NCBI GenBank assembly: GCA_002269645.1
Contig: NIVC01003249.1
Span: forward strand, 1 to 52,230
Reading direction: 5' to 3'
Origin: Macrostomum lignano
Taxonomy: Eukaryota
DNA length: 52,230 nucleotides
Shown: one piece after another, positions 1-21,153 of the stretch
Layout: each line of letters starts with the position of its first letter
Position numbering within the stretch: position 1 is the stretch's first letter
Translations under genes and position numbers: made by a program
Notes under the pieces: generated by a model
Seen by the model: the letters and a program-made list of their open reading frames with translations, nothing else
What the model was told of the DNA's origin: nothing
Databases searched by the model: none

Positions 1-2
1 TC

Positions 3-8943
<8,941 letters not shown>

Positions 8944-9596
8944 GATTCTGACTGAACCTGATACCTGACTGACACCTGCACAGAACGTGTGTTAAAATAA
9001 CTTAAAGTGCTTTCATGCTTTAGCAGAAACATCAGATGCTTCATGTTTTACATATACGCGTACTTCTCATTTCTCCAAACTCGGTATTTCAGTTCTGATT
9101 ATGCCATGCCATTGTATAATTTGTTAAAACAAAATGAAGTCAACTCTTGGACAACAGTGCACTTTATGCTTTAAGTGAACGTACTTATAATGAATACATT
9201 CAATATCTATTCGAAAGTAGTTTAAAAGTAGCAAGTTTTAAACAACCTTTAAAAATCTTGTAGAAAAACAAATTATGGAATGTGAAAGGAGAAAGGTTAG
9301 TACTTACTAGTATAAACGAAAAGCATTACTGTTAGTCAAGCTTAAAGATCGAATGTTTAAATTCCTTAACTTTGAAATTTTATTTAAAACAATATGTTCT
9401 TAGTGCGCTGTTGTCCGACAACATTCCTACTTCGATTTTGTTCATCACTTCGCTACTCTTTCAATACCAAAAACAATAAATAAAAGTAAATTTTGTTTGT
9501 TCTTCAAACTAATCTCGTAGCTACTGATTTTGTCAGCTCGCCGATTAAGTAACATCCAAATTAAAGTTCAGTGAAAGCGCTGCCTACCAACTAATT

Positions 9597-12500
9597 CTAA
9601 CGTAAATACGAGCATAAACGAGCATAAGCGTAGAACTTCTGTCTTCTTCTTCTAGGCCTGTCTTAATCACTCCATAAATTGGAATTATGCCCTCTTTCCC
9701 TGCTCCTCTCTCCCTGCCACTCTCCCCTGACCCTCTCCCCTGCCCTTTCCCCTGCCCCTCTCCCCCTGCCCCTTTCCCTTGCCCCTCTCCCCCTGCCTCT
9801 TTCCCCTGCCCCTTTCCCCTGCCCCTCTCCCCCTGCCCCTTTCCCTTGCCCCTCTCCCCTGCCCCTCTCCCCTGCCCCTCTCCCCTGCCCCTCTCCCCCT
9901 GCCCCTCTCCCCTGCCCCTCTCCCCCTGCCCCTTTCCCCTGCCCCTCTCCCCTGCCCCTTTCCCCTGCCCCTCTCCCCCTGCCCCTTTCCTTTGCCCCTC
10001 TCCCCCTGCCCCTCTCCCCTGCCCCTCTCCCCTGCCCCTCTCCCCCTGCCCCTCTCCACTGCCCCTCTCCCCTACCTCTCTATCGCTGACCCTCTTTGTG
10101 AGTCATGGCAAGAGCATCAAAAGGAAATGTAAGTGAAGTGCCAGCATAAAAATTAGGAAAATGGGAGTGGAGGTACGAGCGTATTTAAATGATTGTCAAG
10201 AGTAGAAACATCAGAACATGTTGAGGGAGGCCAAGGGGAGAGAAATGGTAAATATTTGGGGGGAATGAAGAGAAGTTAAAATGACGCATTCGAATAACTA
10301 TAACATTAATTTTGTCATATTTTAGTTTTGTTTTGTCCTCATCACCACAGCTGCATGTTGTTACCTTTTTGTGAATGGTGGCAGCGTCTTTAAAAAACTT
10401 TCGAGTTTCTGCTTGCGCTCCCCTCTACCTGCGTCATGTCTTTCTCTAACGTGCCTGCCCAGGTCTCGGCCTCTGATTCTGGCTCCTTGCTCCTGCGTCT
10501 CTTGCTGCGGCTCAGCGGTCCCTGCGGCGCCTGCGGCTGGGTTCGTCTCGGGACTCGCAACGACTGTCGCATTGACACGGCTCATTGCTGAAACTGCATT
10601 GAGCAGTGGATTTAAAATAACTTGAGCGTCAGTGCTTCATCTTGACGAGCTTTGGCAGTGTCTCATGTTTCATTTTTTCTGTCTAAGGCTCCTTGAAATG
10701 GCGCTTAAAATGGAGAAATGGCGCTAGGGGGCGCCATTTCATTTGAGGGGCGCCATCTAGTCTGAGGGGTACCAGTTAGTCCGAGGGGGGCGCTAGTTAG
10801 TCTGAGGGGGTCCCAGTTAGTGGGACAGAGCGCCATATCTATATTTTTTCAGCCAATATTGGGGGGGGGGGAGAGAGAGTCTACCTACGCCCTTGGTGAC
10901 TACCTATTGGTCACTGGCAAATGCTTCTGGTTGAATGGTGATAAAAGATGAACAACCTGGCCTGCTATTTGGAATAATCTGCATTGTGGCATCGAAAACC
11001 GCTGTGATCATGGATAATTGAGTGTCATCCCGCTCGAAGCCAGCATCGGAGTCTGAAAATTTTATCGCAGGTGTAAAAAACATTCGAGCTGCATCAGTGC
11101 TCGGGCCAGAATTACAGTTCACATGACTACCTACCGAGCTCGCTGTCGGATGGCCAGTACCGTCGGTACCAACCATCCAAGTCCAAGTCAGGGTCGGCAT
11201 CAACCGATGGAGCCATTCGGTAGCTGTCAACTGTAAGTTTTAAAGAAATAAAGCTTGAGTAAATGTTGGCGTCTGAATTTTAGACCTTACTCAATTTTAA
11301 AATATTGTTTGCATTTTCATACTAAACGTAAAAAACTTTCCATTTGCAAATTAACCTATCGTGGTAAAGCCGTTAAATATGACTATTAATATGAAGCAAT
11401 GTTGCCTACTAACTTTATGAAGTTTAAAAAGCAGAATAATTTCATATTTAGCGCTGAAAAAAAGTGACAAACCTCACTTGAGCATTTCCGCATGAGCAAC
11501 TGATCCTATAAGAGTCCGTTAGCTTACCTGATAGCTGAGATGAGTCCGAGTCGCTGTCGCTGTCCATCCGCTGATCTGAGTATCCGAGAGCATAGGAGGA
11601 TGTTTTTGGATTAGCGTACGGATATTCTAAGGCGCATCGTGTTCTAGGCCAGTCTTATTAACGTGTTGGTTGCTTGGTAAGCATCTTTGGGTGTGTCATC
11701 CCATCTGACACGCCACTTCATTTGAATGGGTGTCATTCCATCTTTGGTGACGCCACTTCATTTGGTTGAGTGCCATTCCATCTGAGGTGACGCCACTTCA
11801 TTTTGATGAGTGCCATTCCATCTGAGGTGACGCCACTTCATTTGGGTGAGTGTCATTCCATCTGAGGTGACGCCACTTCATTTTGGTGAGTGCCATTCCA
11901 TATGACGTGACGCCACTTCATTTTGGTGAGTGCCATTCCATCTGAAGTGACGGCACTTCATTTAGGTGAGTGTCATTCCATCTGATGTGACGCCGCTTCA
12001 TTTGCGTGAGTGTCATCCCATCTGAGGTGACGCCACTTCATTTGGATGGGTGTCATTCCATCTGAGGTGACGCCACTTCATTTAGGTGAGTGTCATTCCA
12101 TCTGAGGTGACGCCACTTCATTTGGATGGGTGTCATTCCATCTGAGGTGACGCCACTTCATTTGCGTGAGTGTCATCCCATCTGAGGTGACGCCACTTCA
12201 TTTGGATGGGTGTCATTCCATCTGAGGTGACGCCACTTCATTTAGGTGAGTGTCATTCCATCTGAGGTGACGCCACTTCATTTTGGTGAGTGCCATTCCA
12301 TATGACGTGACGCCACTTCATTTAGGTGAGTGTCATTCCATCTGATGTGACGCCACTTCATTTGGGTGAGTGTCATTCCATCTGATGTGACGCCACTTCA
12401 TTTGGGTGAGTGTCATTCCATCTGAGGTGACGCCACTTCATTTGCGTGAGTGTCATCCCATCTGATGTGACGCCACTTCATTTTGGTGAGTGCTATTCCA

Positions 12501-15500
12501 TCTGATGTGACGCCACTTCATTTAGGTGAGTCTCATTCCATCTGAGGTGACGCCACTTCATTTGGGTGAGTGTCATCCCATCTGAGGTGACGGCACTTCA
12601 TTTAGGTGAGTGTCATCCCATCTGATGTGACGCCACTTCATTTGGGTGAGTCTCATTCCATCTGAGGTGACGCCACTTCATTTAGGTGAGTGCCATTCCA
12701 TCTGAGGTGGCGCCGCTTCATTTGGGTGAGTGTCATTCCATCTGAGGTGGCGCCGCTTCATTTGGGTGAGTGCCATTCCATCTGAGGTGGCGCCGCTTCA
12801 TTTGGGTGAGTGCCATTCCATCTGAGGTGGCGCCGCTTCATTTGGGTGAGTGCCATTCCATCTGAGGTGACGCCACTTCATTTTGATGAGTGCCATTCCA
12901 TCTGACGTGACGCCACTTCACTTGGGTGAGTGTCATTCCATCTGAGGTGACGCCACTTCATTTGGGTGAGTGTCATTCCATCTGAGGTGACGCCACTTCA
13001 TTTTGATGAGTGCCATTCCATATGACGTGACGCCACTTCATTTAGGTGAGTCTCATTCCATCTGAGGTGACGCCACTTCATTTGGGTGAGTGTCATCCCA
13101 TCTGAGGTGACGGCACTTCATTTAGGTGAGTGTCATCCCATCTGATGTGACGCCACTTCATTTGGGTGAGTCTCATTCCATCTGAGGTGACGCCACTTCA
13201 TTTAGGTGAGTGCCATTCCATCTGAGGTGGCGCCGCTTCATTTGGGTGAGTGTCATTCCATCTGAGGTGGCGCCGCTTCATTTGGGTGAGTGCCATTCCA
13301 TCTGAGGTGGCGCCGCTTCATTTGGGTGAGTGCCATTCCATCTGAGGTGGCGCCGCTTCATTTGGGTGAGTGCCATTCCATCTGAGGTGACGCCACTTCA
13401 TTTTGATGAGTGCCATTCCATCTGACGTGACGCCACTTCACTTGGGTGAGTGTCATTCCATCTGAGGTGACGCCACTTCATTTGGGTGAGTGTCATTCCA
13501 TCTGAGGTGACGCCACTTCATTTTGATGAGTGCCATTCCATATGACGTGACGCCACTTCATTTTGGTGAGTGCCATTCCATCTGAAGTGACGGCACTTCA
13601 TTTAGGTGAGTGTCATTCCATCTGATGTGACGCCGCTTCATTTGCGTGAGTGTCATCCCATCTGAGGTGACGGCACTTCATTTAGGTGAGTGTCATTCTA
13701 ACTGAGGTGACGCTGATTTATTTGGTATTGAGATATTCGATCAACTCAGTGTATTTTTGCAGGCAGACTTATATTTTCTGTTTTGCATCTCTAAAGTCAA
13801 AAGATCTAAGTAGCAAATGCATTAGCAATTAAAATATGCTAATACCTCGCTTAGTATTATCGTCCAGCGGCATTCCTTGGAACCGTCCGGATGGTGCATT
13901 CCTTGGCTGTGTTGGATTCTGGTCTCCTTCTACCGGCAATCTTTCGGCTGAAGTTGGCCGGCGACCTCTTTGACCGCTGAAACGTCGACTGTTTGGCGGT
14001 TCACGCGAAGTTTGCGACCTGTGGCGGGGCGCAGGAGCCAGAGTGATTTCTTAGAACTCGCGGGCAGTTCAGTCAGTCAGTCAGTTACCGTGCACACAAG
14101 CTCAAATGAATCGAACCAAGGGTCGTGAGCCCGATTCAAAACGCTTTTATACCTCCGAGCTGCTCATGCCCCATCATTCTACATTAATGTTTCTATTTAA
14201 ATGACTCAATGCACTTGAATTCCGATATTGCTCACCCTGTAGCGTCAGAAACCCCATTATTGCTTCTGGTTCCTGAAATTTCGGTTACAAAGCCAGCAAA
14301 AGGAATTATTGAAAATTCTCTGCACGGTCTGAAAAGGAAATCTTTTCAGAAGAATATCGATGTAATCACCTGGTTCGGCTTTTAAAATTGTCAAAGTTCC
14401 GCTTGGCGGGTTTCTTTGTATGACTTTTATTGTTTTCGTTTCCTTCTGAATGAGCTGGGGCTGCGGGTATACGCCTGAAAACGATGGAATGAGAAAAGGA
14501 AGCCGGTATGAGGATAGTTGCGTATGAGCAGTTGGTATACGATAAAAGATCCAAATAAATGAAGCTTTGTAAAATGGAAAATGTACATACTGATTGTTTG
14601 GTTGCTTGAAAATTCCGACCTGGAAGAAACCAACGAAAATTATTCACGTTAGTACGAGTAGAACGAGAAGGTATCGAGTTAGTATCCAATTGTCCAATTG
14701 TAAAAAACAAATCATTCAAAACAAAATCAATACCTGGTGAAATCCAGGCCACTTGAGCTAGCAGTAATCCTTCTGCTGGTCCCAGAAATATCTGCAAAAG
14801 AACGATCGGATATCTAGATAGAAAGCAGTCGCCAAAACTGTTTTGTATTCAAGTACTGTAGCTAGGTAGCCAAGCCTAGCAAGTTAGTAGGTAGATGGAC
14901 AGTTCTCAGATTCAAAAACATGGTTACAGCTCTACTTTTAGATCTATCGTTAGCATTCCGAGAAAGGGCCACTGCAAAAACGCTTTTTTAATTCATTGAC
15001 ATTTTTCTTAGAAACTTAACGTCCAAGATTTTGAGTAATGTCTTTTATTCAGAAAATACGAGCCAATTTATAATAAAGTAATTAACTGTATTTAGACTCA
15101 CCTCTGTTGCTTCGGTTCGGGTGCTCGCTTTCACTGTTTCTGCTTTTTCTACCGTTGCTAGTTTTAGTTGTTTTTTCCTTGCATTTTCCGTCTTCGCTGC
15201 TGCTGCTCCTTGTGCTAATGCTTATGATACGGCTTTCGCTTGGGCTTCTGCTTCTGCTAAAACTTCTGCTTTGGTTTCTGCTTCTCCTAGGGCTTCTGCT
15301 TCTGCTTCTGCTTCTGCTTCGACTTCTGCTTCTGCTAAAACTTATGCTTTGGTTTCTGCTTCTTCTAGGGCTTCTGCTTCTGCTTCTGCTTCTGATTTGA
15401 CTTCTGCTTCTGCTAAAGCTTCTGCTTTGGTTTCTGCTTCTTCTAGAACTTCTGCTTCTTCTAGGGCTTCTGCTTCTTCTAGGGCTTCTGCTTCTGCTAA

Positions 15501-18500
15501 AGCTTCTACTTCGACTTGAGCTTCTGCTGAAGCTTCTGCTTTGGTTTCTGCTTCTTCTAGGGCTTCTGCTTCTGCTAAAGCTTCTGCTTCGACTTCTGCT
15601 TCTTGTGCTTCTGCTGAGGCTTCTGTTAAGGTTTCTGCCAAGGAAGCCTCTATGTTTGCTTCGCTCCTTGTAGTGAACAGGAGCGAAGCGAACATTGAGT
15701 CTTCCTTGGTTGCTGCTAAGGCTTCTGCTTTTGCTTCGGTTTCTACTTTGGCTTCTGCTTCTGATGTCGCTTCTGCTGTTGTCGCTTCTGTTTCTACTTC
15801 TGCCGCTCTTGTCATTTTGTTTCTTGCTGTTCATATTTTTGATTCCGCTACTTCTTTTGGTTTTGTCACGGCTGTCTTTAAATTCAGTTTCGTTTCTAAA
15901 ACCATGCGCGCTCGAGCCTTCGTTTTTTGCGCTGCTGTTTCTGCTTCTTGTTCCACCGCTCCTGGGTTCTACATGTCTGCTTTCTCTGCGGCTCTCAGTG
16001 TTTCCTGTTGAGTTTACGGATTCTCGATTGTCCCTGTTAGGCCCTGCAGAGGCAGGCGAAGGCTGCAGGCCGCCAGATCGAGACGAGGGCGGTGGTCGCT
16101 TGCGGGTCGCTCTACTAGAAGCTGGAATTTATGAAAGTTTGGCATAATTGAAGCCTCTACTATTATCCAAAACTTTATTACCGAAAATAGCAAAAAGTCA
16201 TCAGAGAAACCAGCAACAGGGGTGCCAGCCACGGAATCTCAGCAACTCTCCACTTGACCCATGACATCTCAGCAACTCTCCACTTGCCCCATGACATCTC
16301 AGAAACTCTCCACTTGACCCATGACATCTCAGCAACTCTCCAATTGACCCATGACATCTCAGAAACTCTCAAATCGACCCATGACATCTCAGAAACTCTC
16401 AAATCGACCCATGACATCTCAGCAACTCTCCACTTGACCCATGACATCTCAGCAACTCTCCACTTGCCCCATGACATCTCAGCAACTCTCCACTTGACCC
16501 ATGACATCTCAGCAACTCTCCACTTGACCTATGACATCTCAGCAACTCTCCAATTGACCAATGACATCTCAGAAACTCTCAAATCGACCCATGACATCTC
16601 AGCAACTCTCCACTTGCCCCATGACATCTCAGCAACTCTCCACTTGACCCATGATCTCAGCAACTCTCCACTTGACCTATGACATCTCAGCAACTCTCCA
16701 ATTGACCCATGACATCTCAGCAACTCTCCAATTGACCCATGACATCTCAGAAACTCTCAAATCGACCCATGACATCTCAGCAACTCTCCACTTGACCCAT
16801 GACATCTCAGCAACTCCCTCTTGAGCTCTATGGCATCTCAGTCAGCAGCTCCCTCTTGAGCTCTATGGCATCTCAGCAACTCCCTCTTGAGCTCTATGGC
16901 ATCTCAGCAACTCCCTCTTGAGCTCTATGGCATCTCAGCAACTCCCTCTTGAGCTCTATGGCATCTCAGCAACTCCCTCTTGAGCTCTATGGCATCTCAG
17001 CAACTCCCTCTTGAGCTCTATGGCATCTCAGCAACTCCCTCTTGAGCTCTATGGCATCTCAGCAACTCCCTCTTGAGCTCTATGGCATCTCAGCAACTCC
17101 CTCTTGAGCTCTATGGCATCTCAGTCAGCAGCTCCCTCTTGAGCTCTATGGCATCTCAGCAACTCCCTATTGAGCTGTATGGCATCTCAGCAACTTCCTC
17201 TCGAGCTCTATGGCATCTCAGCAGCTCCCTCTTGAGCTCTATGGCATCTCAGTCAGCAGCTCCCTCTTGAGCTCTATGGCATCTCAGCAACTCCCTATTG
17301 AGCTGTATGGCATCTCAGCAACTTCCTCTCGAGCTCTATGGCATCTCAGCAGCTCCCTCTTGAGCTCTATGGCATCTCAGCAACTCCCTCTTGAGCTCTA
17401 TGGCATCTCAGTCAGCAGCTCCCTCTTGAGCTCTATGGCATCTCAGCAACTCCCTCTTGAGCTCTATGGTATCTCAGCAAATCCCTCTTGAGCTCTATGG
17501 CATCTCAGCAGCTCCCTCTTGACCTCTATGGCATCTCAGCAACTCCCTCTTGAGCTCTATGGCATCTCAGCAACTCCCTCATGGGCTCTATGGCATCTCA
17601 GCAACTCCCTCTTGAGCTCTATGGCATCTCAGCAACTCCCTCTTGAGCTCTATGGCATCTCAGCAACTCCCTCATGGGCTCTATGGCATCTCAGCAACTC
17701 CCTCTCGAGCCATGTCATCTCAGAAACTCCCCCCCGATATCTCAGCTATTACCCTTTATTACTCTTGAGAGCCCTGGCCTAACCCAAACCCTAGCTTCTT
17801 GATTAGTACACTCTTATTTTACTCACTGGTTGTCGTTCTTGTACGGAATCAAACAAGCATCAAACAAACTTACCTAATTGTCTGTTTCTACCGCGAGGTG
17901 GCTGTTGTCGATTTGGTTCGATAACTAAAATACGTCGCAAGGTTTCATATGATCACTTGTGCACTGAACATCATCACGGTATTTGTGAAAAATATCTAAA
18001 ATGCCACTTACAGACAGGCTGTGGCACCGGTATTTTAGCTCTATCGAGTTTCTTAGCTGTCAATGAAAAGATGAAAGCAAACGTTTTTGGTAGAATTTTT
18101 TATGATGCAAAATAATTAGGAACTGAAAAAACTGATAGGAACAGTTTTGACTGCTATAAGGACAAAACTGTGTTCCTATAAAATGCCTCTCTGGATACGA
18201 TAACTTTAGCAATTAAAAACCGAATACTAAGCTTTAACAGTCGACAATTAACCAGTAAGAAGCAGTGTCTTGAAGTGGGAAAATCGGGACATACAAATGC
18301 ACTACACTTCGTCATTGCTTACAACAGGGGTTGGCTGATTTTTTTACCTGTTTTTTTGGTCATGGGTCAATTTTTTTGGCCAAATGATGAAACCAGCTAA
18401 TGGCGCGGGCCAGATGAGAGAAGAAAGGAGAGGGAATACGAGAGGAGAGTGGAGAGAAGAGAGAGGGAGAGAGGAGAGGAGAGGGAAGAGGGGGAAGAGG

Positions 18501-19633
18501 AGAGGGGGGAAGAGATGGGGAGAAACGAGAGGGTGGGAGGAGAGGAGAGAAGAAGGCGAAAGAAGAGAGGAGAGACACGTTCGTACGTGTAAAGCTTTCT
18601 CAATGATTGAACAAACGTGCGCAGAAACTCCTCTGCCGAGGACCGTACCTTTCCTTGTGCATTCGCTAATAGCCGACTCGATAAGTTTTTTTGCGGGCAC
18701 GGTTACAATGGCATTCGCTCTGCAGTTCTCCTGCAGATACTGAATCGGGGTTTTCCCAAAACTGTCCCTAATTCGAGGATCGGTGCCGCTATTCAGCAGC
18801 ATCGCCTGCAATTTGCCGCTTTGCTCAACCTTGACGATGTACCGTTGGCACAGGTAAAGCGTGTGCAAAGGTGTTCTGCCATACCTGTCAATCTTGTTCA
18901 CACTTGCACCTTTTCGGCGAACCAAGTCGGCCATGTCTGCAATCTCCTCAGTGCTGTAGTAGCATGAAGACAGGAGATGAAGAGCTGTAAAGCCATCCCC
19001 TTTTCTCATCACCATCTGAAAGTCAAAATCCGACCAGTGCTCCATCAGGACCTCCAGAACCTGCTTCGGGCTGTAGCAGCGCAGCTCTTCTTTCATTTTG
19101 CGCCTCGACATCTGCTGCAGCCCAAGAAACAGCAGCTGGAAAGAGTTGCAGCCTTGCGAGTTGACTACGTCCTTGACAATGAAGCCTTCTAGAGCTGACT
19201 GATGCCGAACAACTTCTGCGTCACCCATCCAGCAAGCCGTGAGAAACTTGAATTTATTGAATTCGCCAGCAGCATCCTCCTCATATAAGAATTCAATTAG
19301 CATTTTACGAAACTCTCTTTTGCACCTGCTCAATAAGCCAAGATCCTCGGCTAAGTAAGTGGGATCGCCGCCAAACTCGAGTATTAACTTCCCAGCCTCT
19401 GTCTTGTTGTACCTGGCAGCAAGAATTAGCATTGTCCAGCCCAGGTGGTTCACGGGTTTGTTCACTATTCCTGGGTTGGCTTCCAACTTTTTCCTAATAT
19501 TGTTTAAAAAGGTGGTGTTGATGTATTCTCCGTCTTGACTTCGGGTTATCCAATCTATGAGACTGCGAGCCACTTCAAAAGAAATTGAGTCATTGTCTCC
19601 TTCCCGCTGATTTTGGTCTCTGGCGCTTATCAT
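9597..19633 (-). CDS. Ankyrin-repeat protein with long disordered RS (Arg/Ser) domain; exons 19633-18649, 17924-17874, 16121-15102, 14791-14734, [14619-14591], 14474-14370, 14018 (or 13947)-13846, 11653-11528, 11230-11135, 11052-10957, 10587-10365, 9657-9597
   Basis: ATG 19633 is directly preceded by an in-frame TGA. Ankyrin motifs [69 protein letters not shown]. The 1020-nt exon 16121-15102 is stop-free in the RS frame ([20 protein letters not shown] repeats). All listed junctions are GT..AG and phase-consistent, giving 2994 nt (997 aa) or 2952 nt (983 aa). Some sites are weak (AAG acceptor at 11654, GTTGT donor at 10956), so the distal exons are less certain than the ankyrin and RS exons. 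Confidence 0.65.
9690..10077. repeat. C-rich simple repeat (CCCCTG/CCCCTCT units), G-rich on the minus strand
   Basis: Almost pure pyrimidine tract on +; lies in the last modelled intron of the ankyrin/RS gene. Confidence 0.95.
11690..13712. repeat. 40-bp minisatellite, about 50 copies
   Basis: Consensus TCTGAGGTGACGCCACTTCATTTGGGTGAGTGTCATTCCA; stays in 40-bp register; no spacers; stops are hit in all frames. Confidence 0.97.
16236..17725. repeat. Compound 30-bp then 31-bp minisatellite
   Basis: ATGACATCTCAGCAACTCTCCACTTGACCC (30 bp) to about 16810, then CTCTATGGCATCTCAGCAACTCCCTCTTGAG (31 bp); shared core CATCTCAGCAACTC; intronic. Confidence 0.95.
18416..18576. repeat. GA-rich low-complexity tract
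   Basis: Nearly all purines on +; inside the first modelled intron of the ankyrin gene, which explains the SLLS/PLLS tail of the ORF-track protein. Confidence 0.85.
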
Positions 19634-21153
19634 TCAGACGGCTGGGACCTGAGTTCCTTTGTACGCTCCTGCGATCAAGAATTGAGAGGAACTGCTGACT
19701 CAGGCGAAGTAATTGGCGTATTAGTAACGTTGCAGACAAAAAGTACGACAACACGCAGTAAAATTTATTAACAATACTTACCAAACTCTTGAAAAATCAA
19801 ATTTGCTACTTTCCAAAAACAAAAGCGATTATGACTGTGCAGGACTAATCAAATAAACGACTCGATAAGCACTGCCAGTGCTCAGTGTTTTAGCTTGATG
19901 GACTCAACGAGATAAGGTTTTTATTTTATTCTGCATCCTGCTGCATGACGAAATGAATTTTGCTTTCTATAGCTATGTCCACAGGTCTCTCCCACCCTAC
20001 GTCGGCTTACAAGTGCATACGAGCTAGCATGAATATGCAAATATGCACAATATTAAACGAAGATCCGTACTACATTAGCACTTTGTACCTTAATGACGAC
20101 GTTCTGTACGCGCCTGCCCACCCCAACTCCACAGAAGCAGCTGGTGCTTCGGTGGGGTGCAAAAGTACTGCATTATGCAGCTTACGAGCGAAACTGACAA
20201 CAATAGCAACGCAACGAGCTGAATGCATTTATGAAAAGCAAAGGCAAGAAGCCCCCGCATTTCTGAGTGTACTGTGCAAAGAGAATTAATAATTATTAGA
20301 TCATAGCGCGTACTCTCTGAGACTCTTTGAAGGCTGACCACCAGAGGTTGCGCTCTCCGCGTCCGCGAATTAGGGTAGAATTAAAAGGAATAAAATTAAA
20401 GGCATAGTGTAATTGAATTCCGAATTGCTTAACAATTTCCAAACTAGGGTGACTCTACATGTATTGCACTGCAGTTTCCACGCCCAGGTCTAGTCCCAAC
20501 CGAGCTGTCTATCCTTAATAGGCCCTCATTCAATGTCTTGGCACATCCGGCCGTGCCACAACTAAACTATACATGTGTACATGTAGTTTTGGAGAAGGAA
20601 ACTGGGCGTAAAGGATGCAGCTGCTTTTTTTCAGTCGATTCAGGGGCCACCAGCAGACTGTCCTTACAGACTAGCTATGATTCAACATGCATGCACTGTC
20701 TTTCGCTGGAAGAAATACAATATTATATTGTAGCCATAAAATAATCAAGCAATCTTGTAAGTCAGATTTGCAGCAACTCCGTAGTACTCGTACAACCTTC
20801 CGAGACGAGACGTCCGCCGACCAATCAAAATGCACTCGCGAATCTGCATGTATGACAAATGGAGAATGCTGTACGTGTCCCTGTAAAAGTATAATGTACA
20901 AGATCAAACTGACAGACGTACAGCATGTACATCATGTGGTAGTGCAATAACCAAGGACCACTGTATATAACTGTTATATACAGTGTTCCCTTGGCACAAA
21001 CTTAAATACATAATACATGCACATGTGTAAAGGGTTAAAAATTTATTAAAGCGTCACAATTAAATCCCAACGCTGATTCCACCGATTGTAAAAGGCTTAA
21101 AATTAAACAGACTTGACGGCTTGGATACCAAATCCCACCGTTGCTACACCAAA

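Noticed and set aside
10700-10895. hAT-like right end CTACGCCCTTG with GGGGCGCCA motifs
   Set aside because: No matching left TIR or TSD found; probably a truncated MITE remnant.
15342-15815. Glu/Ala-rich ORF overlapping the RS exon, plus Ser/Ala and poly-Leu ORFs on +
   Set aside because: These are alternative frames of the AGAAGC repeat. The Glu/Ala frame is cut by TAA at about 15342, whereas the RS frame is open over the whole exon and fits splice phases.
18344-18648. C-terminal part of the 429-aa ankyrin ORF
   Set aside because: Read-through into an intron past the AAAG|GTACGG donor; low-complexity CT tract.
20338-20356. CTCF-like motif CCACCAGAGGTTGCGC
   Set aside because: Single partial match with no supporting context.
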